In this document: positions 40,275 through 50,857 of the stretch, piece after piece
Layout of the letters: each line of letters opens with the position of its first letter
How positions within the stretch are numbered: the first letter of the stretch is position 1
The notes under the pieces: model-generated
Told to the model about the DNA's origin: nothing
The model's input: only the letters and a program-made list of their open reading frames with translations
Databases searched by the model: none
Translations under genes and position numbers: made by a program
Source of the DNA: Obrimoposthia wandeli
Taxonomy: Eukaryota
NCBI GenBank assembly: GCA_977020255.1
Contig: CDROCS010000268.1
Coordinates: forward strand, 124,001 to 188,000
DNA: 64,000 nucleotides
Direction: 5' to 3'

Positions 40275-43200
40275 TTATGTAATTTCATAATGTCCATAAG
40301 CGCGGCTTCTATTTTTCTCGATCCAATAGCGTTTGTCATCTGATGAGCTGAGAGCAGTCTTTTGTATTATGATTGTGTATAGTTGATGATTTATTGTTCC
40401 AAACTTCTTTTGTGGTATAGTATATGCATTACCGTTTTCATACACGTCTAAATATGTTTGATGTACAACCGTTGAACCCTTAAGATTTACTCTTTTTGCT
40501 TTATTATTTTCAAAGTCATCTTCAAACTTAAGTGAATAACATTTACAAAGTAAGAAAATCCATTCTTTATACATTCTTCCTTCCGATTCATCTTTAAATA
40601 AACCTATTTTACTATTAAATTTATTAGAATATAATGGATCATTCACATTATAATTTGACGTATCTAATAATCCATCTGCAATCATTTTTGGTAACAACTG
40701 TTTTCTTAAATTAACGTTTTTACATTCCAAAAAGAATGAGTCGGTATCACCGGCAACTATATTAATTGAACAATTGAATAAATTACGATATATTTGCAAA
40801 TCATGATACTGAAGAGTATACATTCGTAATTTGCTAAGGTCTAGTACAGCTTGGCCTATATAATTTGGTCAATCGAGACAAATAAAGTCTTTTCTTAATA
40901 AAACAGCTATTAAATTATCATGAATTTCAATTGTTCGTTGAAACATAGGTTTGCTAGTATATGTAATTAATTTTGTAGAACTAGTGCAGATGCGAAGATT
41001 CAACCGTTTCTTAACATTTTCAACGGTTTTTCCATACAAACTAACATTTTTAAGTTTATAAAAATCTTTGTCACATTTATTCGTTGCTTGTGATCTCATT
41101 TCTGAATTATATTCTATATATTCTGCGAATATCTTAGCCTGAGAGAATTTTACTGCTCGATGAATAATTGTTACCACTGCTCCTAAACTAACATACATCT
41201 GCAATAGTCTCCAATGAATAACATAATGACTTTTTGGCGAATGCGTCATTAAAAGTTTTTCAACTTTTTAACCAGGTGGACATTTCTTTTCTGGAGCTAT
41301 AGGAAGATCATCTAAAAAGTCATGAAGGTTTTCTGGTATTACCAAGTCTACTTCCATAAAATAACCATATTCAATATGTTCCATGTTCACATTTTTCATT
41401 TCATGCAATATTTCGTTTAATTTTATATCATCAAGAATCCATTCAAAATCTCCTTTTGGTAAAGGTTGATCAAGAGCCCATCCATATAAATTATTAACAT
41501 CTATATATAAAAGACTTGTTTCTTCATCAGCGACTACATGATGCTTATTGACAAATGTCATTCCTCCTCGTATACCCGAAGAAATCATGTTGTACATTTC
41601 AGGATCCTGCATCAGTTCAACCTTATGTTTTAACATTTTTAGAGCACTTGCCCAACTCAACCCAGGAATGCTAAAAAAGTTAAGTGGTTCTAAACCATCT
41701 TCACTGAGAGCTTTTCTTCTGAATGTTTGAAACACGTCAGCTAATAAATATACGTCAGTCTTTAAGTAAACTAACATATAATCCAACATATTTCTACAAT
41801 TGGTTATTTTCCAAACATCTTGTGCTTTTTGATATTCAGTGTCTGTGATTTTATCATTCCATTTTACTGGTAAACTTAACTTATTCTGGAGGACATTTAA
41901 TGATGTAGCAAAATCATATGGGAATATTCCTTTGCCATCAATAAGTTTAGATGGAAAAACTGATCTTGTTAATGGAATAGTTGGTAATTTACCGGCTAAA
42001 TTTTCCAAAGATGATTGCAAAAATTGCAAAGAATCTATAAATCTCAGAGTTATTTGACCTAATCTTACAATCATGGCTTGAAACTTTTCCGTTGATTGTG
42101 GTATAATATTTATATCCCAGTCAGTAAATTTATTCAATGCATGTTTTAAAATATGATGTAAATCATAATCTCTGAGATTATGAAACACAATAGGTAAAGT
42201 TGGACGAAGTTTTCTTGATAAATTACATTCATTGCATGCAGGACCTAGATACTTGCCAGTAAAGTGATCATGATCTTTAACATATTTTTCAGATGATTCG
42301 TGACATAAATAACATTCATCGGCATTGCTAAATGTATGAATCTCTGCATTTGTTAAGGGAATCATTACGTTTTTAAGAGCATCTAAATACCATGGCAAAA
42401 CCTTTTCTTTAGCCAAGTTCTCTATTGACTGAAGAAACTTAACTATGCAGTCATCACCAACATTATATTGATACTGGGTTTCAATTTCATCTGTACTCAT
42501 AAATAACATACCAGATGCGACAGGCATATGCTTTTGATGATAACTCTCATCTGGTACTAATACAGATTCAAAATCAGCGTAAACGACATATTTCGGTGAT
42601 ATAGTTTTTGACCAATCATTGAATTTAACGTACTTATTCTTAGGCATAGTATACATTGTAGTGCTTTCTTGATTATAGTCACATAAAACTTTATGCTTTT
42701 CTAATGACAAATCGGTTTTGAAACCATGTAAACACTTTTCACACCATTTTCTGCTAATTCTAGTCGTTCCAGTTCGAATATTTAATAGCCGGTTAAGACA
42801 GCTTATTCCTATATAATGAAACCGTTCCTTGGATTCTAGTAACAATAAATTAACTATAGTTCCTTCCTTCATTTTTGATTTGTATGCAACATCGATATAT
42901 GGATTCTTGATAACATCAGTTTTTGATTCTTTTTCACTTACCTCGTTGAATATGAATACATTTATTATTATACCAGGATTTTGCCGTTCAAATTTTGATA
43001 TATTTGATATTTTCATAGGCATGTCTTCGGAATTATATACAAAATCATTTAAAAATTTTTCATATTGGCTTGGTCTATTTCTATTTATTTTTATTTCATT
43101 ATATTTAAGTATTGATAATATTGCATAAATAAAGCAAAGATTATCAGAGTTTTGAATATTTATGACTGCTTTAGATTTTGTAAGAGAATTTGATGATTTA

Positions 43201-43913
43201 ATATATGAATGACCTGACAATGCACAAATTTGACTATATTTAGTAACAATAAATGCATATTCAAGTATATTCATCAATTTCCAACCACTACCCTTTTCTG
43301 AATATTCTTCAACTTTATTTTCCATTGTATCTTCCATTTCTGAAATTATAGCATGTGAAAAAATCATTGCTCGATGCGAAGCATACCATTCTTTAGTTTC
43401 TCCATCATTCTTTTCAAACCTCATTCTAATGATGTATTGTATCTTTGCTTTTCCCATTAATTGCACTATTCTTTCTAGTTCGTTTAATAATGAAACTGGA
43501 ACCTTAAGACTTACAAGATTGAGATGATCTACTTTCATGGATATCATTGAATAACTATTTTCTAACGATGTTTTAGTATGTATATTGTCATTTATTTTAC
43601 GTTTTCGTGACGGAGTAGGAGCTGAAATTACTATGTTTGATGGTTCATTAATTATATCAGTTCTTTTGCTTAAAGCCGGTACTTTAAATAATTTTTTCTT
43701 ACTATCATTTTCATATTCTTTTAAATGACTAACATGTCGACTATAAAATAAGTTGTAATCAACATTTTCAGTGCTTAAACATTGTGGACATATGAAATAA
43801 TTTATCCTTTTGTATGAATAACCATAATATTTTTTCATTATATCATGACATTCTTGAGGATTAAAATGTGTATCCGAATAACAAAAATTTGAATAAGTTT
43901 TACATATACTCAT
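40275..43913 (-). pseudogene. polB: Protein-primed family B DNA polymerase (pPolB), ~1212 codons, two in-frame nonsense codons
   Basis: The three ORFs share one frame. TAA at 41270-41268 (PPG*KVEKL) and TGA at 40871-40869 (CLD*PNYIGQAVLDLSK). Motifs: VYADFES, FHNLRDYD, YLKTDVYLLADVF (exonuclease); YIDVNNLYGWA, SLYGKT, AGDTDS (polymerase); INIQNSDNLCF...FHY (vOTU-like); CYLC..VKDHDHFTGKYLGPACNECN (EndoVII-like). Confidence 0.97.
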
Positions 43914-44018
43914 CTGATGATATGATTGATTTGATTGGACTTGAGATATTGGTTGATTTGTATACTGAATAAAAAAATATATATATATAAATACAATAAT
44001 TTAATTATTTAACTTACA

Positions 44019-44573
44019 ATGTTAACAAATATTAATTATAAAGGAATTTGCTTAGATGATGTATCCAAATTAAAATTTCGAACACGACCAGAACAATACG
44101 TTTATAAAGCCAAAGATTATACAATACTTATTTTTAGAAATAAGAAATGCAGGATTATGGGATGTAAGGTACCTATTAAAAATATTTCTTACCCTTTAAG
44201 AATAAATATACTTGGTATTCAATCAATTACGGTATGTGAAAATTTAGATCAAAGTATCAATCTATTTAAATTATGGAATGTGTTACGTAATACATGTTCA
44301 TTTGACCCTGAGGTTTTCCCAGGCTTAAGATTAAATATTTTCAATCCATTGTGTGTAAATATTTTCACATCTGGAAAGGTCGTAATTTTAGGTCTTAGAA
44401 ATTTAGATTTTCAAAATCAAGTTAATGATATCATGACATACATTAAAAAAAATTATATAAATACGAAACAATTTCTAATTAAATCATTCAATTTTAAATG
44501 TCTTATAAAGCCGTTCAAAAGTATTACGAGTATGATATGTTCTTCTTGGCATCTGCATGGATTCATCCAATGA
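44019..44573 (+). CDS. TATA-box-binding protein (TBP)-like protein carried by the Polinton
   Basis: Two TBP-fold repeats. Repeat 1: TNINY...YTILIFRNKKCRIMGCK. Repeat 2: IQSITVC...INLFKL...SFDPEVFPGLRLNIFNPLCVNIFTSGKVVILGLR (compare TBP YEPELFPGLIYRM..P..VLLIF.SGK.VLTGAK). Open frame of 184 aa. Confidence 0.88.
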   Translation: MLTNINYKGICLDDVSKLKFRTRPEQYVYKAKDYTILIFRNKKCRIMGCKVPIKNISYPLRINILGIQSITVCENLDQSINLFKLWNVLRNTCSFDPEVFPGLRLNIFNPLCVNIFTSGKVVILGLRNLDFQNQVNDIMTYIKKNYINTKQFLIKSFNFKCLIKPFKSITSMICSSWHLHGFIQ

Positions 44574-44884
44574 CTATGCCAGTGACATTATCGAAAACTT
44601 CGTACAATTACCGAGTCTCTGATTTTGACGACAAAGACATTCAACAATTCAATGAAGTCGTCAAATATTTGAAAATTGACATTGAACTTGAGAATGAGGG
44701 TATATTTATGCGCGGAGATAAGTGCAAATTTTATGATTGTGGTGGAACAAAGATTTCGGATATTCAAGAAGATGGAAGAAGTTGGATGCTCGAAATAAAA
44801 ATTCTCGGATATAAAATAAATAAAAAGAATGAAACAACTCTCATCTGGAGGATTCATACAGCGACCGAATATTTTGATGTTTAA
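44498..44884 (+). CDS. Polinton accessory protein of unknown function (128 aa)
   Basis: Open ATG-initiated ORF in the gene-dense plus-strand block, overlapping the TBP-like ORF end. No motif recognised with confidence. Confidence 0.6.
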   Translation: MSYKAVQKYYEYDMFFLASAWIHPMTMPVTLSKTSYNYRVSDFDDKDIQQFNEVVKYLKIDIELENEGIFMRGDKCKFYDCGGTKISDIQEDGRSWMLEIKILGYKINKKNETTLIWRIHTATEYFDV

Positions 44885-44965
44885 TAAATATTTAATAAAA
44901 TGTTGTTATTGTTATAAACATGTACTTATTCTGATATATTTATTTTATATTAATATTTATATATA

Positions 44966-45595
44966 ATGTTATTAACAAACAATTCGACTTTTCAAGTAGT
45001 AGGACCAAGTGGTAGTGGAAAAACTTTATTTGTTTGTAAATTATTAAATTCAAAAATGTTTAAAAATAAATTTAATAAAATATATTGGCATCAAGGTGGT
45101 GACGGAGAAGCTGGTTTAACAAACCAAGAATTTAATAAAATAAAAAACATTAAGATTATTAACGGTTTTGATGAAAATTGGACGACAAGACTCGTAAAAG
45201 GTGATGTAATTGTTATTGATGACTTATAACAAGAGGCTAACAAAGAATCTGATTTTAATGATTTATTTACAAAAATTGCAAGACATAGAGAAGTTACTGT
45301 AATTTTTATAACCCAAAATTTATTTCATCAAGGAGGAAATCATCGTACTCGTAATCTTAATGTACATTATTTGATTTTATTCAAAAATCCTAGAGATCAG
45401 ACAGTGATAGATTTTATTGCTCGTCAAGCATTTCCTCATAACAAGAGTTATTTAATTGATGCGTTTCATGATGCTACATCTTTACCTCATGGTTATTTAT
45501 TTTTAAATTTTACTCAATCATATCCTGATGATTTAAGAATTGTTACTGATATATTTAACCGTAATGGTATTACAGTCTATAAACAAAATAAATAA
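44966..45595 (+). pseudogene. A32/FtsK-like genome-packaging ATPase with one in-frame stop
   Basis: Walker A GPSGSGKT and Walker B VIVIDDL. TAA at 45227-45229, then the same frame continues QEANKE...ARHREVTVIFITQNLFHQG...FKNPRD. Confidence 0.95.
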
Positions 45596-45773
45596 TAATA
45601 ATGTTTTAAAATAAAATGAATTTTAAAAAGAGTATTCTTAAACATAGTAAAAGGACAGATAAAGATGAAGTTAAAAATTAATAAACACTGTATTATATGA
45701 TCGTAATAATATTGAATTTTCAAAAAGTTTACCTTATTTTAAAACCTTAATTGACGTATCAAAAACGAATAAA

Positions 45774-46025
45774 ATGAAAATGTTGAAATCATTTCCAATT
45801 TATGTAGTTGATGATTTAATAAAAATTTTAAATAAAATAATTTATGGTAAAATTAAACCTGATGTTAATATTTTAAAATATAAAAATTCATTAATAAATT
45901 TAGCAAATTCACGTGGTAAAATTAATAAAAGAAACATTATTTATAATCAAAATGGCGGATTCATATTGGCCCTACTGCCCGCTATAGCATCAGTAATAGC
46001 TAGTGTTATAACTTCAAGATATTAG
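45774..46025 (+). CDS. Small Polinton virion/core-type protein with C-terminal QNGGFILALLP motif (N-terminus probably frameshifted)
   Basis: A Q-x-GG-F-L motif followed by a hydrophobic tail is typical of adenain-cleaved small proteins in these elements. The frame is open upstream to ~45675. Confidence 0.6.
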   Translation: MKMLKSFPIYVVDDLIKILNKIIYGKIKPDVNILKYKNSLINLANSRGKINKRNIIYNQNGGFILALLPAIASVIASVITSRY

Positions 46026-46221
46026 AAGTTTTAAAAAAAAAAACCTATTTAATTAAGATAGTTGTCTTAATAATGAAAATTATAATAATATTAAATAATT
46101 ACATTCTTTCGTTTTATACAAACATATAAACAGATTAAAATATATTTAACTTTTATAATAATGGGGATAAACAATACAAAGTTGTCTAACTTATTTATAA
46201 ATTTTAATTCTTCATGCTGCA

Positions 46222-47245
46222 ATGGAAAAGATTTGGAACAATCCAGAAGATCCAGACGGTTATACAGGGTTAGAAAAATTGACAAAAGAGTCAAACAATC
46301 AAAAACAAACACACAAAAATGGTTAAGAAATGAATTATCATATAGTCTGAATAAACCTTTAAGACGTAAATTCCTACTAGATCATATAAAACTAATGGTA
46401 TTAATTCGTTATGGCAGATGGATTTAATGGAAATGATTCCTTATTCTTCAGTAAATAACGGATTCAAGTATATTTTAACTTGTATTGATGTATTTAGTCG
46501 TTTTGCAAAAGCAGTTGGTGTTAAATCAAAATCGGGTATTGATTTATTACATGCAATAGAATCTTTAATTGTTGATGATGTACCAGTAAATATCCAAACC
46601 GATGAAGGTAAAGAATTTTTTAATTCACATGTTAAGAAATTATTTAAAACTGAAAATATCAATCATTATTCAGTATATTCTCAATATAAAGCTGCAGTAG
46701 TTGAAAGATTTAATAGAACGTTAAGAGAACGGTTAAAGAAATATTTTACAAAACAAGGTAATAAGAAATGGGTGAATGTATTACCAAAAATTATTTATGC
46801 TTATAATAATTCTAAACATAGAGGTTTAGATGGTTTAAAACCTGTAGATGTAAATAATAAAAATGAATTTGATATTTTGTTGAAACAAAATCTAAAAGAA
46901 AAGAAAGTTAAATCTAAATATAAAATTGATGATTATCTTCGAATATCAAAAATAAGTACAAGTCCATTTATTAAAAATTTTAATCAAAATTGGAGTGATG
47001 AGGTTTTTCAAATTCATGATATTAATTATAAACAAAATCCAATAATGTATATTTTAAAAGATATTGATAACGTCATCATCAAAGGAAAATTTTATAAACA
47101 AGAGTTACAATTAATTGATAAACCTAAACTATATCGAATACAAGAAATTTTAGAAACTAAAGGTCGTGGTAAGAATAAACAATATTACGTAAAGTGGCAC
47201 GGATACTCTGAACCTTCTTGGATATTTGCTTCTCAAATTGAATAA
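46222..47245 (+). pseudogene. int: Retroviral-like (rve) integrase with C-terminal chromodomain; two 1-bp deletions in the N-terminal part
   Basis: MEKIWNNPEDPDGYTGLEKL / frameshift ~46281 / KRVKQ..WLRNELSYSLNKPLRRKF / frameshift ~46374 / TRSYKTNGINSLWQMDL. DDE residues in WQMDL, IQTDEGKEF and VVERFNRTL. Chromodomain YRIQEIL..YYVKWHGY..SW. Confidence 0.95.
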
Positions 47246-48258
47246 TGTCAAAATATATTATTTTACCTAGTAATAGTTGTCCAAGTACTCAACCTAACAA
47301 TACAGCCAATCAATTTACTGTAGATTGGGAAAACTCTCTAAATTTAGATGGTGAATGGGAGGTTGCCTTGACTGAATTTGTATTTAATTATACTCCTTTA
47401 ACAATACAAACTAATTCAAAAATACTTTATAAAACGGAAAAGATAGAAATGAAAACTTTCGATGTATCTTTTGCAATTTTAAATGGATTAATTTTTAATA
47501 ATTTAAATACTGTTTTCAATTTCAAAATTACAAAGGATCAAAAATAAGAAATAAGTACAATTAACAGCATTCATCGAATGTTGTTAAAATTCGAAACTTT
47601 AGAAGAATCAAAAATTATAGGTTTTAATGAAATACAAAAAATTTCTAGTCATGTTATAACAAGTGATGAAATTGTTGACATAAATAAAAATATTCATGCT
47701 AAAATGAGAATTACAATTTATTCTTTAGCTGAATATGAATACGAAATAAAATTTAATCAAAATTATTTGATACAAGATAGTTCTTCATTATGTAATATTA
47801 TAGCCAGTAAATGTAATGAAATTTTTAAAAGCTGTAATATAGATTCAAACGGATTATTTGATATTTTAATAAAGAAAAATGTAAAATCAGTTTTATTTGA
47901 CGAAAAACTTGCATCTTTATTAGGTTTAAATAATGTTTTCTTTGAGAAACGAATTAAAGGTTTTCAAAAACCAACACTTTCTAGCTCATATAATCAAATG
48001 TATATTTATACTAGTTTAACAGATTCTGTCTTAGTAGGATCTGATTATGTTCCACTGTTAAAGTCTATTTGGTTAAAATCATTAAAATATCGATATGGAG
48101 ATGTAGTAAATGTTAAAATTGATAATCCAATGTACTTGAAAATGAGAGATTCAAGTATTAATAGAATCGAGGTAAATATACGTGATGATTCTGGTAATTT
48201 AATTCCATTTTCATATGGAGCAAAAACTAGTTTAACTCTTCATTTACGTAAAGTATAA
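47245..48258 (+). pseudogene. Minor capsid protein (penton, single jelly-roll) with one in-frame stop
   Basis: N-terminal LPSNS..PNN..NQF..LNLDGEWEVALTEF and C-terminal YIYTSL..LVG..PLL..NPMY..IEVNIRDDSG..IPF..LTLHLRK. TAA at 47545-47547 is in frame with the ATG at 47578. Confidence 0.9.
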
Positions 48259-48295
48259 ACAATATAAATATATTTAAAATATAAACATATATAAA

Positions 48296-48697
48296 ATGAA
48301 TACATCAATTATAAAATTTTATAGCAAAAGTCAACAGGGCGGTGAACTTCCCTATTTCATTGGTAAACAATATGGATCTGGTTGGTATCAAACTATTTCT
48401 AGATTAGCTATTCCATTTATTAAAAAAGCTGGTTTATCAGCAGCTACAAGTGCTGCCAATGCAATTGGTGAAACGGTAGGAACTGCGTTAACAAATCCAA
48501 AAAACATAATTTCATCTCTCAAAGAAAATACAATCAAAGAAGTCAAAACTTTGATTCCAAAATTAAAAAATAATGCTGTTGAGAGTTTAAATAAAGTCGT
48601 AAATTGTGTTGAACAAAATGGAAAGGGTCTTAAACGTAAAAGAAATAATTTAAATAGTATAAACAAACGTCTTAAAGGTACTATTTTCCAAAAATGA
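48296..48697 (+). CDS. Basic core/DNA-packaging-type precursor protein
   Basis: QQGGELPYFIG.QYGSGW..RLAIPFIKKAG and QNGKGLKRKR are Gly-rich protease-site-like motifs with a basic tail. Position is just upstream of the major capsid protein (MCP) gene. Confidence 0.7.
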   Translation: MNTSIIKFYSKSQQGGELPYFIGKQYGSGWYQTISRLAIPFIKKAGLSAATSAANAIGETVGTALTNPKNIISSLKENTIKEVKTLIPKLKNNAVESLNKVVNCVEQNGKGLKRKRNNLNSINKRLKGTIFQK

Positions 48698-49914
48698 CTA
48701 GTATAAAATCTGAATTGTGTATTTTCGATAGACCATTACCTCAAGTAGTGATTGAAAATTCAAGTTTTGAAGAAATATTTCCAATCAATTCAATTACTGG
48801 AAAAAATTTAAATGACATAGAATTTAATATTCATGCATCTGAAGAAGATTATCTGGATTTGAATGATACTTTGTTAAATATTAAATTAAAAGTTGTAAAT
48901 GAAGATGGTACTGATTTAATGAAAGATAGCGATGTAACTCCAGAGAATTACATGTTTCAAACTTTGTTTAGAGATGTTATTCTAACACTTAATAATGTAA
49001 AGGTTGAAGGAGGAAATGGAACGTATACTCATAAGGCTATATTCGATACTCTTTTGAATTTTAGTAGTGATACCAAGTATACTAACCTTGAATGTTCCGG
49101 GTATGATGATGATGCAGAAAATCGTAAACAATGGATTAGTGAATCTAAAATATTTTCATTGTGTAATTCAATTAGATTAGATTTCTTTGATCAACCAAAA
49201 TATTTGATTCCAGGGATTAATGTTCATTTGAGATTTATGAGAAATCAGCATAATATTTCGCTCTATTCAGAAACTTCAAAACCAATTATTCAAATTCTAG
49301 ATGCTAGATTGTATGTTAGAAGAGTAAAAGTTGATTCTTCAGTAATGATTGGACATCAGTTAGGTTTGCAAAGTCAGAATGCAGTTTACCCAATTAGAAA
49401 AACTCAGTTAGTAACATATTCAATTCCTCAGGGTTCTTTGGAACTTAATAAAGATCAAATATTCGGAGACTATCGTTTACCCAAGTTCATTTTGATTGCT
49501 TTCAAAGATACACCTCAGGGTGGTAAGGAATACAAAGTTAAATCTTCTACGTTCAATACATTTAATGTTTCAACAATATCATTAGCTAGAAATACAGATT
49601 ATCGAGAAACTTATAATCTAGATAATAACAATTTTTCATTAGCATATATGCAGTCAATTATTCGAAATATGAATATTTTAGATAAAAACATGAATAATGG
49701 TATCAGATTTTCTGATTTTAAATCAGGAAGTTCGATTTTCACTTTTCTATTAGCACCAGATTTTGATATAAACACTACTCAAGTGCCTAAAACTGGTAAT
49801 TTAAGACTTGAAATTAGATTTAATTCTCCTTTGGTTGTTCCAACAAGTGTTTTGATTTACGGAATATTTGATTCCGAAATTCAGATTACGAAAAATAAAA
49901 CTGTGATTGTATGA
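48694..49914 (+). CDS. Major capsid protein (double jelly-roll), intact 406-aa ORF
   Basis: SELCIFDRPLPQ, IEFNIHASEEDYLDLNDT, ENYMFQTLFRDVILTLNNV, DFFDQPKYLIPGINVHLRF, GNLRLEIRF...VLIYGIFDSEIQI. Confidence 0.92.
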   Translation: MTSIKSELCIFDRPLPQVVIENSSFEEIFPINSITGKNLNDIEFNIHASEEDYLDLNDTLLNIKLKVVNEDGTDLMKDSDVTPENYMFQTLFRDVILTLNNVKVEGGNGTYTHKAIFDTLLNFSSDTKYTNLECSGYDDDAENRKQWISESKIFSLCNSIRLDFFDQPKYLIPGINVHLRFMRNQHNISLYSETSKPIIQILDARLYVRRVKVDSSVMIGHQLGLQSQNAVYPIRKTQLVTYSIPQGSLELNKDQIFGDYRLPKFILIAFKDTPQGGKEYKVKSSTFNTFNVSTISLARNTDYRETYNLDNNNFSLAYMQSIIRNMNILDKNMNNGIRFSDFKSGSSIFTFLLAPDFDINTTQVPKTGNLRLEIRFNSPLVVPTSVLIYGIFDSEIQITKNKTVIV

Positions 49915-49948
49915 AGTAAGCTTATTGTATATTATATTCTTTATTTAA

Positions 49949-50287
49949 ATTAGTACTTTAGAAATTCATAAATCCGGAAAAATATTATTGAATAACAAAT
50001 TTAATGGAGTATATTCATTGGATAAAATTCCATCATTAAAACCCGGAGGCTACATTATCAATACTCATACTTCAAATCTACCAGGCGAACATTGGATAGC
50101 AATATTCGTTGACAGATTCGAGATTCGGGTGTTTGATCCTTTTGGATTCTATTATCCTGCAAAGTGGGTTTCTACACTTGAAAAAGAAAACATTCCAGTC
50201 TACTATAATCGAGTTAAATGTCAGAATCCATTAACTAAAAACTGCGGACCTCTGAGTATTTTATGGTTGAAACTTCAACACAAATAA
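49949..50287 (+). pseudogene. Adenain-like cysteine maturation protease; start codon apparently mutated (ATT)
   Basis: FNGVYSLDKIP, INTHTSNLPGEHWIAI (His), VFDPFG (Asp), CQNPLTKNCG (Gln/Cys). The frame opens ATT AGT ACT TTA GAA ATT (xSTLEI) right after an in-frame TAA. Confidence 0.9.
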
Positions 50288-50338
50288 TTTTAAGTATAAA
50301 CAAATATATCATTATAGTATTTCATTTTATTTTTTCAA

Positions 50339-50791
50339 ATGGCTTTTATTGATTTAGAATGTTTTATTGATAATAATGGAGAATATATTCCAAAGGAATT
50401 ATGTATAATGTATGTGAATGATATGACTTGTCCATTTCATTACGTGTTTAAAAATCAAATACCATGGAGTAGTTTATCATTTACAGTTAAAAGAAAAAAT
50501 CTATATTTGATAAATCATCATCATCAGTTATCCTGGTTTGAAGGTGAAAGCTCTGATATTCATATTGATGATGTTGAAACAATATTCTATGTTATGGATT
50601 CTATTGATGGAAAGAAAATTAATTTAGTGAAACGAATGTTTCCAAATTTGAGAATTGTGAATTATAATAAAAGTTTCAAAAATTTAAAGGAAATGCCAAA
50701 AAATATTCGATGTCCGTTTAGAAAACACGGAAAACATTGTGCTTATTTGAAATGTTTTTCTCTATGTATTGATTATGTAAATTGTATATAA
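50339..50791 (+). CDS. DEDD/DnaQ-like exonuclease-fold accessory protein
   Basis: N-terminal FIDLECF..YIPKEL, HYVFK, HHQLSWFEG and a C-terminal C-x4-H-x3-C-x4-C cluster. Open frame. Confidence 0.6.
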   Translation: MAFIDLECFIDNNGEYIPKELCIMYVNDMTCPFHYVFKNQIPWSSLSFTVKRKNLYLINHHHQLSWFEGESSDIHIDDVETIFYVMDSIDGKKINLVKRMFPNLRIVNYNKSFKNLKEMPKNIRCPFRKHGKHCAYLKCFSLCIDYVNCI

Positions 50792-50857
50792 ATATATTTA
50801 TTAAGGATATTTTATTTTAATATATAATTTATGTTATTTAAATAAATTTTACCATAT

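Noticed and set aside
40869-47547. Stop-codon reassignment or programmed readthrough explaining the in-frame stops in pPolB, ATPase and penton
   Set aside because: Both TAA and TGA are involved, the same codons terminate intact ORFs, and the integrase has true frameshifts. Ordinary decay is simpler.
41548-48666. Antisense or overlapping ORFs (41548, 41839, 42829, 44588, 46091, 46441, 48388)
   Set aside because: Shadow frames opposite real Polinton genes, with no recognisable motifs.
48694-49914. Host domestication of the intact major capsid gene
   Set aside because: With about seven lesions over roughly 9 kb of coding DNA, about one is expected in 1.2 kb, so zero is unremarkable. It needs dN/dS or expression evidence.
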